Shown here: piece by piece, positions 1 to 9,094 of the stretch
How positions within the stretch are numbered: the first letter of the stretch is position 1
Layout of the letters: each line of letters opens with the position of its first letter
Assembly: GCA_018672475.1 (NCBI GenBank)
Contig: JABHFS010000052.1
Location: 4,697-68,696, forward strand
Reading direction: 5' to 3'
Origin: Gemmatimonadota bacterium
GTDB taxonomy: Bacteria > Latescibacterota > UBA2968 > UBA8231
DNA: 64,000 bases
Position numbers and translations under genes: made by a program
Notes under the pieces: generated by a model
Databases searched by the model: none
Told to the model about the DNA's origin: nothing
The model's input: the letters and a program-made list of their open reading frames with translations, nothing else

Positions 1-1290
1 CTAAGTGGTCCTAAGGCCCTACCTATCAGTCAGCAGATGTTCCGTTCCCAACCGCCTCTGGGGCAACGGGTCCGGTATGTCGAATATGGACAGATCTGGG
101 CAGGAGGCCAATCCGTCGATACAGGTGTTGCATGGTTTTTCGTCGGTCCTCATTCCTATACAGGCGAAGATACGGTAGAAATCAGCTGTCATGGCAGCAT
201 GTTGATATTGGAGTCTGTTGTTGGAGAAGCCCTCCGACTCGGCGCGACGAGTGCAGAACCTGGAGAGTTTACACGGCGGGCCTATCTGAACGGTCGATTA
301 GACTTAATAGAAGCAGAAGCTGTAATCGATCTTATCCAGGCTTCATCTAAAGCCTCTCTTGAAAACGCCTATGGCCAGGCAGGTGGTCGTCTTTCAGGGA
401 TGGTTAGGGCCCTTAAAAAACAGGTTGTTAGGGCCCTGTCTCTGCTTGAAATAGGTCTTGATTTCTCCGAAGAAGACATTGACGATTTTGGCCGACAGGC
501 CATACAAGACTCATTGCGAGAAGTTGTGGATTTCTCGAGTCGATTGGCCGACACATTCGAAGGAACGAAACGCCGGCAAGAAGGCTACCTTATTGCGCTT
601 GTTGGGCGATCTAATGTAGGTAAGTCTACCTTACTCAATACTCTCCTAGGTGAAGACCGGGCGATTGTCACCCCCATACCTGGAACAACACGGGATTTAG
701 TGGAAGGCCGGACCATCTGGTCAGGTGATACCGTTCGGCTTGTTGATACGGCTGGGGTTCGCCAAACGGACGATCCCATAGAGATTGAGGGTATCAAGCG
801 CGCCGCCAAGATTGCTCAGGAAGCAGATATAGTATTTGCGATATTTGATAGTTCTACGCCTTGGTGTGATGATGACCAAGCGGTATTGGATCTTCTTCCA
901 TTTGAGAAATCCATTTTCATTTTTAACAAGATTGACTTGGCCTCTCTTTTTGACCGAACAAAGCTCGAAAATAGAAGCTCGTCAGTCGTTGAAATTTCAG
1001 CACTTACGGAGCAGGGGATCGATGATTTAAAGAGAGAAACCTCTCACCGCATGCCTCTGTCGAAAGATGTGGACGGCATTGGAATTTCTCGACAACGTCA
1101 CCAGGACTGTCTTTTCCGCGTAGTCAAATCAACGACTGCCGCAATAGAGCTCCTTGTATCGGGGCAACCTGATGAATGCGTGGTCTTTGAACTTCGAGAG
1201 GCTCTATCGAGTCTTGGTGAAATGATTGGTGAAAAAACAGACGAGGATGTCCTTGATTCGATCTTCTCTGAATTCTGTATTGGGAAATAA
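1..1290 (+). CDS. mnmE: tRNA modification GTPase MnmE, 5'-partial (reading frame open to window start)
   Basis: G-domain motifs GRSNVGKSTLLN and DTAG, C-terminal CIGK motif typical of MnmE; N-terminal about 35 aa missing relative to family; frame has no stop back to position 1. Confidence 0.9.
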   Translation, partial: LSGPKALPISQQMFRSQPPLGQRVRYVEYGQIWAGGQSVDTGVAWFFVGPHSYTGEDTVEISCHGSMLILESVVGEALRLGATSAEPGEFTRRAYLNGRLDLIEAEAVIDLIQASSKASLENAYGQAGGRLSGMVRALKKQVVRALSLLEIGLDFSEEDIDDFGRQAIQDSLREVVDFSSRLADTFEGTKRRQEGYLIALVGRSNVGKSTLLNTLLGEDRAIVTPIPGTTRDLVEGRTIWSGDTVRLVDTAGVRQTDDPIEIEGIKRAAKIAQEADIVFAIFDSSTPWCDDDQAVLDLLPFEKSIFIFNKIDLASLFDRTKLENRSSSVVEISALTEQGIDDLKRETSHRMPLSKDVDGIGISRQRHQDCLFRVVKSTTAAIELLVSGQPDECVVFELREALSSLGEMIGEKTDEDVLDSIFSEFCIGK

Positions 1291-1347
1291 TGTTTCACGT
1301 GAAACATTTCCAAGGAACGTCGGAAGTGGATGTTCCACGTGAAACAT
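1290..1347. promoter_or_regulatory. Two 18-bp palindromes (ATGTTTCACGTGAAACAT and ATGTTCCACGTGAAACAT) 40 bp apart in mnmE-rsmG intergenic region
   Basis: Read directly: perfect and one-mismatch palindromes with CACGTG core at 1290-1307 and 1330-1347, immediately upstream of rsmG start. Confidence 0.5.
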
Positions 1348-1351
1348 TGAC

Positions 1352-1966
1352 ATGATGATCCCATCGCCATTGCAAGAAGATTTCAAAAAACTCCAGTTGG
1401 ATATGGGGTCAGCCTTTCTCAGTCGAGAGGCCTGGTCAAAGTTGGAATTGTACCTAGCATTGCTAAGTAAATGGTCCAATCGGATCAACCTAATTTCTCA
1501 AAGAGATTTACCCTCTATAGCTACCAAGCACTTGGGGCAGGCGTTAATGATGGTCCCTGTGGTCTCGAGTTTGCCAAATCGTGTGATCCTCGATCTTGGA
1601 TCGGGGGCGGGCTTCCCGGCGATACCTTTAAAGATCGCCCTGCCTGATTCCTATTTTATACTTGTTGAAAGCAGGAGAAAGCGCGCGAATTTTTTAAAAG
1701 AAATAATAAGATCCGTAGGGCTCGACCGCATTGAAGTAGTTAATGATAGAATAGAGGACTGGGGAGGAAGGCAGGGGGGAGTCGATTTGATTACCGCAAG
1801 GGCAGTCGCAGCGCCCGGTAAAATGCTTGAGCTAGTGCAGGATTACCTGTCCCCGCATGGATGGGTCCTAACATCGTTGAGCGAAGATACGGCAGCAGAT
1901 TTGATAGATCTTAAATGGAGAATAGAGAAAAGAAATTTTTCTACGACTCTTGGTTTATTCCATTAG
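1352..1966 (+). CDS. rsmG: 16S rRNA (guanine527-N7)-methyltransferase RsmG (GidB)
   Basis: SAM motif LDLGSGAGFPAIPLKIA, size 204 aa, conserved position after mnmE. Confidence 0.9.
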   Translation: MMIPSPLQEDFKKLQLDMGSAFLSREAWSKLELYLALLSKWSNRINLISQRDLPSIATKHLGQALMMVPVVSSLPNRVILDLGSGAGFPAIPLKIALPDSYFILVESRRKRANFLKEIIRSVGLDRIEVVNDRIEDWGGRQGGVDLITARAVAAPGKMLELVQDYLSPHGWVLTSLSEDTAADLIDLKWRIEKRNFSTTLGLFH

Positions 1967-2260
1967 TTGTTAACAGTGTTATGCCCATACTTTTCCACAA
2001 TAAATGTTGAAAAAAATCCTGCATTTCAATCGATTATTATTGCTATATGCCTATTGTTTGCTAATAGATATCAGTAGAAAGGATATAAATTGACAACAAG
2101 AAGCAAGGGCATGTGTGGATAAGGTCGCAAAGATAATGTGTAAAACCAAACGATAAAATCTCTTGCAAGAGGGTGGAGATATACCGTATATTTTGAATGC
2201 GCTGCCGAGCGTATGTATGGAGATTTTAGATTGATCCTTCCTTCTAAGTAAACGGGTTTC

Positions 2261-2878
2261 GTGTTAGATAAATATCTAAAAAAGTGGTTCCTGGCGATCC
2301 TGAGACCCTTGGCCCACTTATTTATTCGCCTTGGTTTCAAACCCGATTGGCTAACGCTAATGGGCTTAGTGATGAACCTTGGAGCAACAGCGGCCTTTGC
2401 TAAGGGCTACCTTCACTGGGGCGCCGTTATCATGATGGTTGCAGGCCTATGCGATATACTCGATGGGCAAGTTGCGCGCGAGGGGCGTAAAGAAACTAAA
2501 TTCGGCGCGCTGTTAGATTCGACAACAGATCGATATTCCGAGATTTTCATATACTTTGGAATCGGCGCTTATCTGATAGGGCGCGATGAGTGGGTCGTGA
2601 CCGGGATTCTGTTCTTTGCAATTACTGGTTCGTTAATGGTTAGTTATGTAAGGGCGAGGGCAGAGGGGTTGGGAGAAGATTGTAAAGTTGGTTTTATGCA
2701 ACGCCCAGAACGCCTAATCGCCTTAGGCCTGGCCAGTTTACTTGGCCACCAAGGGCTGGTTTTAGTTTTAGTTTTATTGGCAGTAACCACTAACTACACG
2801 GTTATTGAGCGCCTTGCCCATATCCGCAATAGGCTAAAGTCTACTGCCAATCCCCCCGCTTCCGTCCAGCAATCCTAA
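2261..2878 (+). CDS. CDP-alcohol phosphatidyltransferase family protein (PgsA-like)
   Basis: Motif DILDGQVAR...G...LDSTTDRYSE (D-G-x2-A-R...D-x3-D), multiple TM helices; GTG start. Confidence 0.75.
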   Translation: MLDKYLKKWFLAILRPLAHLFIRLGFKPDWLTLMGLVMNLGATAAFAKGYLHWGAVIMMVAGLCDILDGQVAREGRKETKFGALLDSTTDRYSEIFIYFGIGAYLIGRDEWVVTGILFFAITGSLMVSYVRARAEGLGEDCKVGFMQRPERLIALGLASLLGHQGLVLVLVLLAVTTNYTVIERLAHIRNRLKSTANPPASVQQS

Positions 2879-2906
2879 TTAGGATCTCTGGACTCTTCTG
2901 TTCGTA

Positions 2907-3554
2907 GTGTCTCAAGGTCATTTCATCGTTCTTGAAGGTATTGATGGCAGTGGGACAACCACCCAGTGCCATCAACTGGCGGATTATCTACGCAATGCCG
3001 GGATTCCGTTTATTCTGACAAGAGAGCCGGGTGGAACACCAGCGGCAGAAAAGATTCGCGATCTTGTTCTTGACCCGGCTTTGGGCGACATATCACATAC
3101 AGCAGAGCTTTTTCTTTATGCGGCGAGTCGCGCTCAGCATGTAGAAGAATTAATACGACCTGCCTTGGATCGAGGGGATGTTGTTATCTGTGATCGTTAT
3201 ATTGCATCCTCTCTTGCGTATCAAGGTTATGGTCGTGGTCTAGATTTAGATACGATTAGGCAAGTCAATATGCTCGCCGTTATCGGATGCATGCCGGATC
3301 TGACGATTTACCTGGACTTGCCCCTTGAGGTTGCCCGGGCTCGACGTGACAAGAGGGGAGAAGTGGCTGACAGATTAGAACAGGCAGGAGAGAGCCTACA
3401 GGAGAAAGTTGCTCGAGGTTATCGAGAAATAGCCAAGGGTGATCATACGGCGTTGGTTTTTGATGCGCGTCAAAAAGAAGCACAGCTGGCAGGTAATATC
3501 CGGGATGCGCTGCGCAAGCAATGGCCTTGGTTTCCCGCGGAGGAGAACGAATAA
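2907..3554 (+). CDS. tmk: thymidylate kinase
   Basis: P-loop FIVLEGIDGSGTTTQ, DRY motif, 215 aa. Confidence 0.9.
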   Translation: MSQGHFIVLEGIDGSGTTTQCHQLADYLRNAGIPFILTREPGGTPAAEKIRDLVLDPALGDISHTAELFLYAASRAQHVEELIRPALDRGDVVICDRYIASSLAYQGYGRGLDLDTIRQVNMLAVIGCMPDLTIYLDLPLEVARARRDKRGEVADRLEQAGESLQEKVARGYREIAKGDHTALVFDARQKEAQLAGNIRDALRKQWPWFPAEENE

Positions 3555-5416
3555 TGAGATACGGATGCATTGCTTTGCTTTGCTTTTATGGATGGGTTGG
3601 GGTTGTAGGTGCAACGCCAACGGAAGATCCGTATGCAGAGGTCAATGCCAGTTGGGAGCGTTTTGGCGCAGTCTACTCTCGGATTATCGATAATTACTAC
3701 GCCGATCTCAATCAGGAAGAAATTATGGGTGCGGCTATCGAGGGCATGCTCAGCCAACTCGATTCCTATAGCCAGTACTATAATGAGGAAGGACTGCGCC
3801 AACTGCGTCAAGACACAACCGGTAAGTTTGCCGGTCTGGGAATTACTGTAGCCTTAAAGGACCAGTACCCAGTAGTCATCTCACCAATAGAAGGAACCCC
3901 AGCGGATAGAATAGGCTTAAAACCGGGTGATTTAATTGTCGCAGTAGAGGGCCAAAGCACCTTCGGTATGCAGCTTGAGGAAGTGGTTAATGTCTTGCGT
4001 GGAGAACCGGGTACCCCGGTCGAGATTTCGATTGCTCATCGCTTAGGGGCTGCCCCAAGACCCATTGTAATACAACGGGAAATTATCAAGATCAAAAGCG
4101 TTGTTTTAGCCGAAAAATTACAAGGTGGGATCGGCTATATTAGTATGCGCCAGACGCGTTTCTCTGAACGTACCACAGCCGAAGTAGAAGAAGCAATTAA
4201 CAGTCTGTCCGGTGTTAGGGGCTTGGTACTGGACTTACGAGGAAACCCAGGAGGGTTGCTTCGACAAGCGACCCAAGTCGCCGATCTGTTTCTGCCCAAA
4301 GGCGCGGTAATTGTTTCGATCAAGGAACGAGAAGGCCGCCGAGAGGAAGTTCGACGGTCCCAACGGCGGCCGATAGCAGGGGAGGTGCCTCTTGTCGTTT
4401 TGATTGACGAAGGTAGCGCAAGTGCCTCTGAAATTGTCGCAGGAGCCATTCAGGACAATGATCGGGGGGTGATCATTGGGACAACTTCGTTTGGCAAGGG
4501 ATCTGTCCAGACCATATTTGATCTACACGAAGTGGCATCTAGTGCCCTAAAACTGACAACGGCGCTTTATTATTCACCCAGCGGTCGAAGTATTCATCGA
4601 GACCAAAGCGGTGGCGCAGGTGCGGTGCAGTATATACCATTGGGCAATAGAGAATTGCCTCCGCTTTTGGTCATGGGCCTTATTCTGAGGTCGGGGGATG
4701 TGAACGGGGCACTATCTGCATTGCAGGCTCATTTTGATCTAAACCCAGAGTCGGCGCAGCAGATTCTAGCGACCCGCTTAGGTGACTTAGCAGGCAAAAC
4801 AAAGATGAGCAGAGAAGCAGGGCAGCTCGATACCCTAACGGATCGAACATATCATACTCAGAAGGGGCGTGAAGTTTTCGGAGGGGGAGGGATCAAGCCA
4901 GATATCAGTATTGAACCGGCTTTTATCCCCGATTATATCCGAAGCTTGGAACGCCGTCGACTATTTTTTGATTTTGCCATTGATTATGTATCAACCGATT
5001 CGACTTGGGTTGAGGAGCATTTAGAATTGCTGATGGTCGACGATGAAATGGTCAATGCCTTTATCGAGTTTGCGCAAAGCACGGATGAGGATGAAGTAAG
5101 AATAAAAACGGGACTGAGCCAAATAGAAGAGATTGAGGGTTTTGCCGAGGACATGGGTTGGGGTGAGAAGGTACAGGAGTCGATTCGGCAATTGCGGGCA
5201 TCGGTTGAGCAAGAATGGAATCAGCCCCTTAGCAGCAAGCTAAAACCGTATATAAGCAATGCGATACACCGGGAATTGGTCTTGCGTTTTAAGGGAAGAA
5301 AAGTCCAACTTCTCGAAGAATTACAAGACGACCAACAACTGGTAAAGGCGATCGAGGTTCTCGAGAATCAAGATCAGTATTTAGAGGCGCTTGTCGATAA
5401 AAAATCAAGTAATTGA
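3554..5416 (+). CDS. carboxy-terminal processing protease (S41 family, PDZ domain)
   Basis: PDZ (GLKPGDLIVAVEG), LDLRGNPGG and TSFGKGSVQT S41 motifs; start moved to ATG 3554 (TAATG overlap with tmk, GGAGGAG Shine-Dalgarno upstream) rather than track start 3521. Confidence 0.85.
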   Translation: MRYGCIALLCFYGWVGVVGATPTEDPYAEVNASWERFGAVYSRIIDNYYADLNQEEIMGAAIEGMLSQLDSYSQYYNEEGLRQLRQDTTGKFAGLGITVALKDQYPVVISPIEGTPADRIGLKPGDLIVAVEGQSTFGMQLEEVVNVLRGEPGTPVEISIAHRLGAAPRPIVIQREIIKIKSVVLAEKLQGGIGYISMRQTRFSERTTAEVEEAINSLSGVRGLVLDLRGNPGGLLRQATQVADLFLPKGAVIVSIKEREGRREEVRRSQRRPIAGEVPLVVLIDEGSASASEIVAGAIQDNDRGVIIGTTSFGKGSVQTIFDLHEVASSALKLTTALYYSPSGRSIHRDQSGGAGAVQYIPLGNRELPPLLVMGLILRSGDVNGALSALQAHFDLNPESAQQILATRLGDLAGKTKMSREAGQLDTLTDRTYHTQKGREVFGGGGIKPDISIEPAFIPDYIRSLERRRLFFDFAIDYVSTDSTWVEEHLELLMVDDEMVNAFIEFAQSTDEDEVRIKTGLSQIEEIEGFAEDMGWGEKVQESIRQLRASVEQEWNQPLSSKLKPYISNAIHRELVLRFKGRKVQLLEELQDDQQLVKAIEVLENQDQYLEALVDKKSSN

Positions 5417-5534
5417 CCAAGGGTTGCTTGAGGCTGATAACTTTAGTAGTTTATAAGAGGATATTCAGACTTAAGTTACTGGCTTGTCTATAAATATAAG
5501 TATTACTGTTCAAAATTTTTACACGTTTTTCACA

Positions 5535-5570
5535 GAGGGACGTACTTAGTCAAGGGTCCCTTTTTCAGGG
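5535..5570 (+). terminator. hairpin (GAGGGAC/GTCCCTT) followed by T-run, about 120 nt downstream of protease gene
   Basis: Stem 6 bp with 14-nt loop then TTTTCAGGGTTTT; seen in sequence. Confidence 0.4.
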
Positions 5571-5998
5571 TTTTAATCAATTGGGAATCCGCAGAGCGGA
5601 AATAGATATATTTAGCTTTTTTTATTGATGTTGTAATATGCGAAGAGCTCTGTGGAGTTCCTTTAGAAGCAATTCCACACAGATGTTGTGCTTAGGACTA
5701 TTTGACCCGCCTAGGGCATAGTCTCGTCAGGTCTGTTAATCGCTCTACTTTGAATTTGCCGTCGGGATCCAGACTCGCGTAACGTGTCGGGACCGTGACT
5801 TACGGGCCTTAATAGGCTTCTGACCAAGTATGGTAGAGTTCAGACGACGAATTTGTTTATAGTATTCACATCTGTGTTTCCCACCCTGAAAAAGATCTAG
5901 CCCCTTCACCTATCAAAGTGCGCCCGCAAGGTAAGTCTTGGCCGGCAACATAGCCATTGGGCCATCAATAATATGACTTACCAGATAGGTATCGCATT

Positions 5999-7522
5999 AT
6001 GCGAACAGAAATTTTTATTAACCAAGGCATCCACGAATCTAGGATTGCCATTTTGGAAGATGGCCGTCTTTCTGAGATCTGGGTTGAAAGACCAGAGAAC
6101 GAGAGGATGGTTGGAGATGTATACAAGGGTACTGTAACGGCAGTTTTACCTGGCCTACAGGCCGCTTTTGTAGAAATCGGTCATGAGCGAACTGCATTCC
6201 TTCAAGTGCGCGATATGATTGAGGCTGAAAATTCCGATTCCGATAGCTCCGGTGGTGGCCGTCGTTCCCGTCATCGCAGTTTCCCCAATATTCAAAGCCT
6301 GATCAAAAAGGGCGAACAGGTGCTGGTTCAGGTCACCAAAGAGCCTATTAGCACCAAAGGGGCTCGTGTTACGACCCAGCTTTCGCTTCCCGGTCGATTT
6401 ATGGTATTGGTGCCCGGCGGTAACTGGGTTGGCGTGTCACGCAAAATATCCAGCTTTAATGAACGCAAGAGATTGCGCGATCTCGTCACAAAAATAAAAC
6501 CCAGTGGTTATTCGGTAATTGTGCGAACAGAGGGGAAAAACCAAAGTGATCGCGAGTTTAAACGCGATATGAAACAATTGGTGAGAAACTACGAACGCTT
6601 GATCAAGGTGAATAAAAAAGCCACGTCTCCTGCGCAAGCGCACAAAGAGATGGGCATGACGTCCAGTATTATACGAGACTTGTTTACGGACAATGTCGAT
6701 CGGTTGGTCGTCGACGATAGAGAGCTATATAGAGAGATTACATCCTATTTGCGCCAGGTTTCGCCCGAACTGAGAAAAAGAGTTGAATATCATAAGGACC
6801 GACGCCCTATTTTTGACGCTTTCAAGATCGAAGAAGAGATCGAAAAGGCGGCCAATCGCACGGTGTGGATGCATCGTGGTGGGGCTTTGGTTATCGATTA
6901 TGCCGAGGCCGGCACCTTTATTGATGTGAACTCAGCGCGCTATGTTGGTTCGGCTGATCAAGAGGATAATAACCTCAATACTAACTTGGAAGCCGCCCGC
7001 GAGATTGCTCGACAACTCAAGTTGCGGGATGTTGGCGGTATCATCGTAATCGATTTTATCGATATGAACGAGGAGCGAAATCGCAGGAAGATCATTGAGC
7101 GTTTGATCGATGAATTTAAAAAAGATCGGGCCAAGGTGTCTATTAGTGCCCATGTCAGTGAATTTGGCCTAGTTGAAATGACCCGTCAGCGCGTACGCCC
7201 GAATCTATTACACGACCATAGCGAACCCTGCCCAATCTGCAATGGTACCGGGCGGATTTTGGGACCGGATACGACGCTAACCAGAATCGAACGCTGGCTG
7301 CAAAGATCATACGCCGCTACCCGCGAGAAACGCTATGTACTAAAAGTCCATCCGGATGTAGCCACCTATATATTGGCAAATCGGGAAGAGCGGCTTAAAT
7401 CACTACGCAAAGCGACCAAAGCCCGTGTTAAGGTGGAAACCGATACCACTTTGGGGCCGCAGGATTATCGCTTCTTCTCGACTAAGCGCAGTTTGGACGT
7501 AACAGCCGAATTCACGGTTTGA
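5999..7522 (+). CDS. rng: ribonuclease G/E family endoribonuclease (RNase G size)
   Basis: S1 domain N-terminus, catalytic region, CPICNGTGRI zinc-link motif, 507 aa. Confidence 0.85.
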   Translation: MRTEIFINQGIHESRIAILEDGRLSEIWVERPENERMVGDVYKGTVTAVLPGLQAAFVEIGHERTAFLQVRDMIEAENSDSDSSGGGRRSRHRSFPNIQSLIKKGEQVLVQVTKEPISTKGARVTTQLSLPGRFMVLVPGGNWVGVSRKISSFNERKRLRDLVTKIKPSGYSVIVRTEGKNQSDREFKRDMKQLVRNYERLIKVNKKATSPAQAHKEMGMTSSIIRDLFTDNVDRLVVDDRELYREITSYLRQVSPELRKRVEYHKDRRPIFDAFKIEEEIEKAANRTVWMHRGGALVIDYAEAGTFIDVNSARYVGSADQEDNNLNTNLEAAREIARQLKLRDVGGIIVIDFIDMNEERNRRKIIERLIDEFKKDRAKVSISAHVSEFGLVEMTRQRVRPNLLHDHSEPCPICNGTGRILGPDTTLTRIERWLQRSYAATREKRYVLKVHPDVATYILANREERLKSLRKATKARVKVETDTTLGPQDYRFFSTKRSLDVTAEFTV

Positions 7523-7591
7523 CAGATGGGGCGCTGACCCGTATCTTTTTCGTTCTTTGCTAAATGCGAAATCGTTTTAGGAGTTTAAGTT

Positions 7592-7909
7592 ATGTACGCA
7601 GTTGTCAATATTGCCGGTCATCAGGTTAAGGTCGACAAAGGCCAGCGTCTTCGGGTGCCTCGGTTACAGGTCGAAGAGGGCAGCACGCAGGAGTTTACCG
7701 ATGTGCTGATGATCTCCGGTGAAGGTGAGACCAAGGTGGGTAGCCCCACGGTAGAAGGTGCTAGCGTTTCGGCGACCGTCGTCGGCCACGGTCGTGGCGA
7801 CAAGATCGTCATCTTCAAAAAGAAGAAACGCAAAAAATACCGTAGGCGCACCGGCCATCGTCAGGACTATACTGAGATTCAGGTCGAGAACATCGTTCTC
7901 CCGAACTAA
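7592..7909 (+). CDS. rplU: 50S ribosomal protein L21
   Basis: [15 protein letters not shown]-terminus, 105 aa, precedes L27. Confidence 0.95.
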   Translation: MYAVVNIAGHQVKVDKGQRLRVPRLQVEEGSTQEFTDVLMISGEGETKVGSPTVEGASVSATVVGHGRGDKIVIFKKKKRKKYRRRTGHRQDYTEIQVENIVLPN

Positions 7910-7929
7910 GCGCGAAAGGACTAAATACC

Positions 7930-8187
7930 ATGGCTCATAAAAAGGGCGTCGGCAGTTCTAAGAACAATCGCGACAGTAATGCCCAGCGATTGGGCGTTAA
8001 GCGCTTTGGCGGCGAGAAAGTCAACGCTGGTACGATTATCGTGCGCCAGCGTGGGACGCGGATCCATCCAGGTACTAATGTTATGAAGGGTGGCGATGAT
8101 ACGCTTTTCGCCACGATTGATGGCCAAGTGAAGTTTGAAAACTTTGGCAAAAAGCGCAAGCGAGTAAGTGTCTACGCCGCTGCGTAA
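7930..8187 (+). CDS. rpmA: 50S ribosomal protein L27
   Basis: [29 protein letters not shown], 85 aa. Confidence 0.95.
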   Translation: MAHKKGVGSSKNNRDSNAQRLGVKRFGGEKVNAGTIIVRQRGTRIHPGTNVMKGGDDTLFATIDGQVKFENFGKKRKRVSVYAAA

Positions 8188-8210
8188 GCATTAACACCAA
8201 AATAGCGACA

Positions 8211-8248
8211 AAAAACGGGCCTCACTTTTTCAGGTGAGGCCCGTTTTT
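8211..8248. terminator. bidirectional rho-independent terminator between rpmA (+) and sdhB (-)
   Basis: AAAAA-CGGGCCTCAC-loop-GTGAGGCCCG-TTTTT, 10-bp GC-rich stem flanked by A5 and T5. Confidence 0.8.
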
Positions 8249-8293
8249 CATTTCGGAGCTTCTCGCACTATAACGAAACGAACGAAATGGTGG

Positions 8294-9094
8294 CTATTTA
8301 CCTGCCACCTTAGCCTTGAGATATTCGCGGTTGAGAAAGGAGATATGCTCAACCGCAATTTCCTTAGGGCAGACGGCTTCGCATTCGTATTCGTTGGTGC
8401 AGTTGCCAAAACCCTCTTGTTGCATCGCTTCGACCATGGCGACCGTGCGCTTGTGACGCTCGGGTTGGCCTTGGGGCAGGATATTGAGGTGTTTGACCTT
8501 GGCGCTGACAAAAAGCATTGCCGAGGCATTCTTGCAAGAGGCAACACAAGCCCCGCAGCCTATACAGGCCGCCGCATCAAAGGCTTCGGATGCCAGTTCC
8601 TGCGAGATTAACATTGAGTTGGCATCGGGGGCGGAACCGGAGTTTATCGAAGCATAGCCGCCGGCCTGAATAATGCGGTCAAAAGCAGAACGATCAACGA
8701 CCAAATCTTTGATCACGGGGAAAGCAGCAGCTCGCCAAGGCTCGATGGTTATAGTGGACCCATCGGCAAAGCTGCGCATATAGAGCTGGCAGGTGGTCGT
8801 GCCGTGTCCGGGTCCATGAGCGACCCCGTTGATGACCAAGCCGCACATACCACAAATACCTTCGCGACAATCGCTGTCAAAGGAGATGGGCAATTCTTCG
8901 CCTTTGCGCTCAAGTTCGCCATTAAGCACATCAAGCATCTCAAGAAAAGACATTTCCGGGCGGACGCGTTTGAGCGGATAAGACACCATCTGGCCTTTAT
9001 CGTTTAGACCTTGCTGACGCCAGATACTTATCGTAAAGCTCAGGCAATCGCTTTGGCCAGCGTCTCTCTTGCGTCGGCTCTGTTCCTCGGTCAC
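8294..9094 (-). CDS. sdhB: succinate dehydrogenase / fumarate reductase iron-sulfur subunit
   Basis: Cys clusters [10 protein letters not shown] and [11 protein letters not shown]; start reassigned to GTG at 9094 preceded by AAGGAG SD and overlapping sdhA stop (GTGA); track ORF N-terminal extension to 9184 rejected. Confidence 0.9.
   Translation of the reverse strand: MTEEQSRRKRDAGQSDCLSFTISIWRQQGLNDKGQMVSYPLKRVRPEMSFLEMLDVLNGELERKGEELPISFDSDCREGICGMCGLVINGVAHGPGHGTTTCQLYMRSFADGSTITIEPWRAAAFPVIKDLVVDRSAFDRIIQAGGYASINSGSAPDANSMLISQELASEAFDAAACIGCGACVASCKNASAMLFVSAKVKHLNILPQGQPERHKRTVAMVEAMQQEGFGNCTNEYECEAVCPKEIAVEHISFLNREYLKAKVAGK

Noticed and set aside
5417-5998. tmRNA, RNase P RNA or SRP RNA in the long leader before rng
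   Set aside because: None of the conserved signatures is visible: no tRNA-like T-arm plus tag-ORF for tmRNA, no GGAAAGUCCGGGCUCC / AGGGCAGG-type RNase P P4 motifs, and no SRP domain IV GGAA tetraloop motif. This was hand inspection only, so a covariance-model scan is still warranted.
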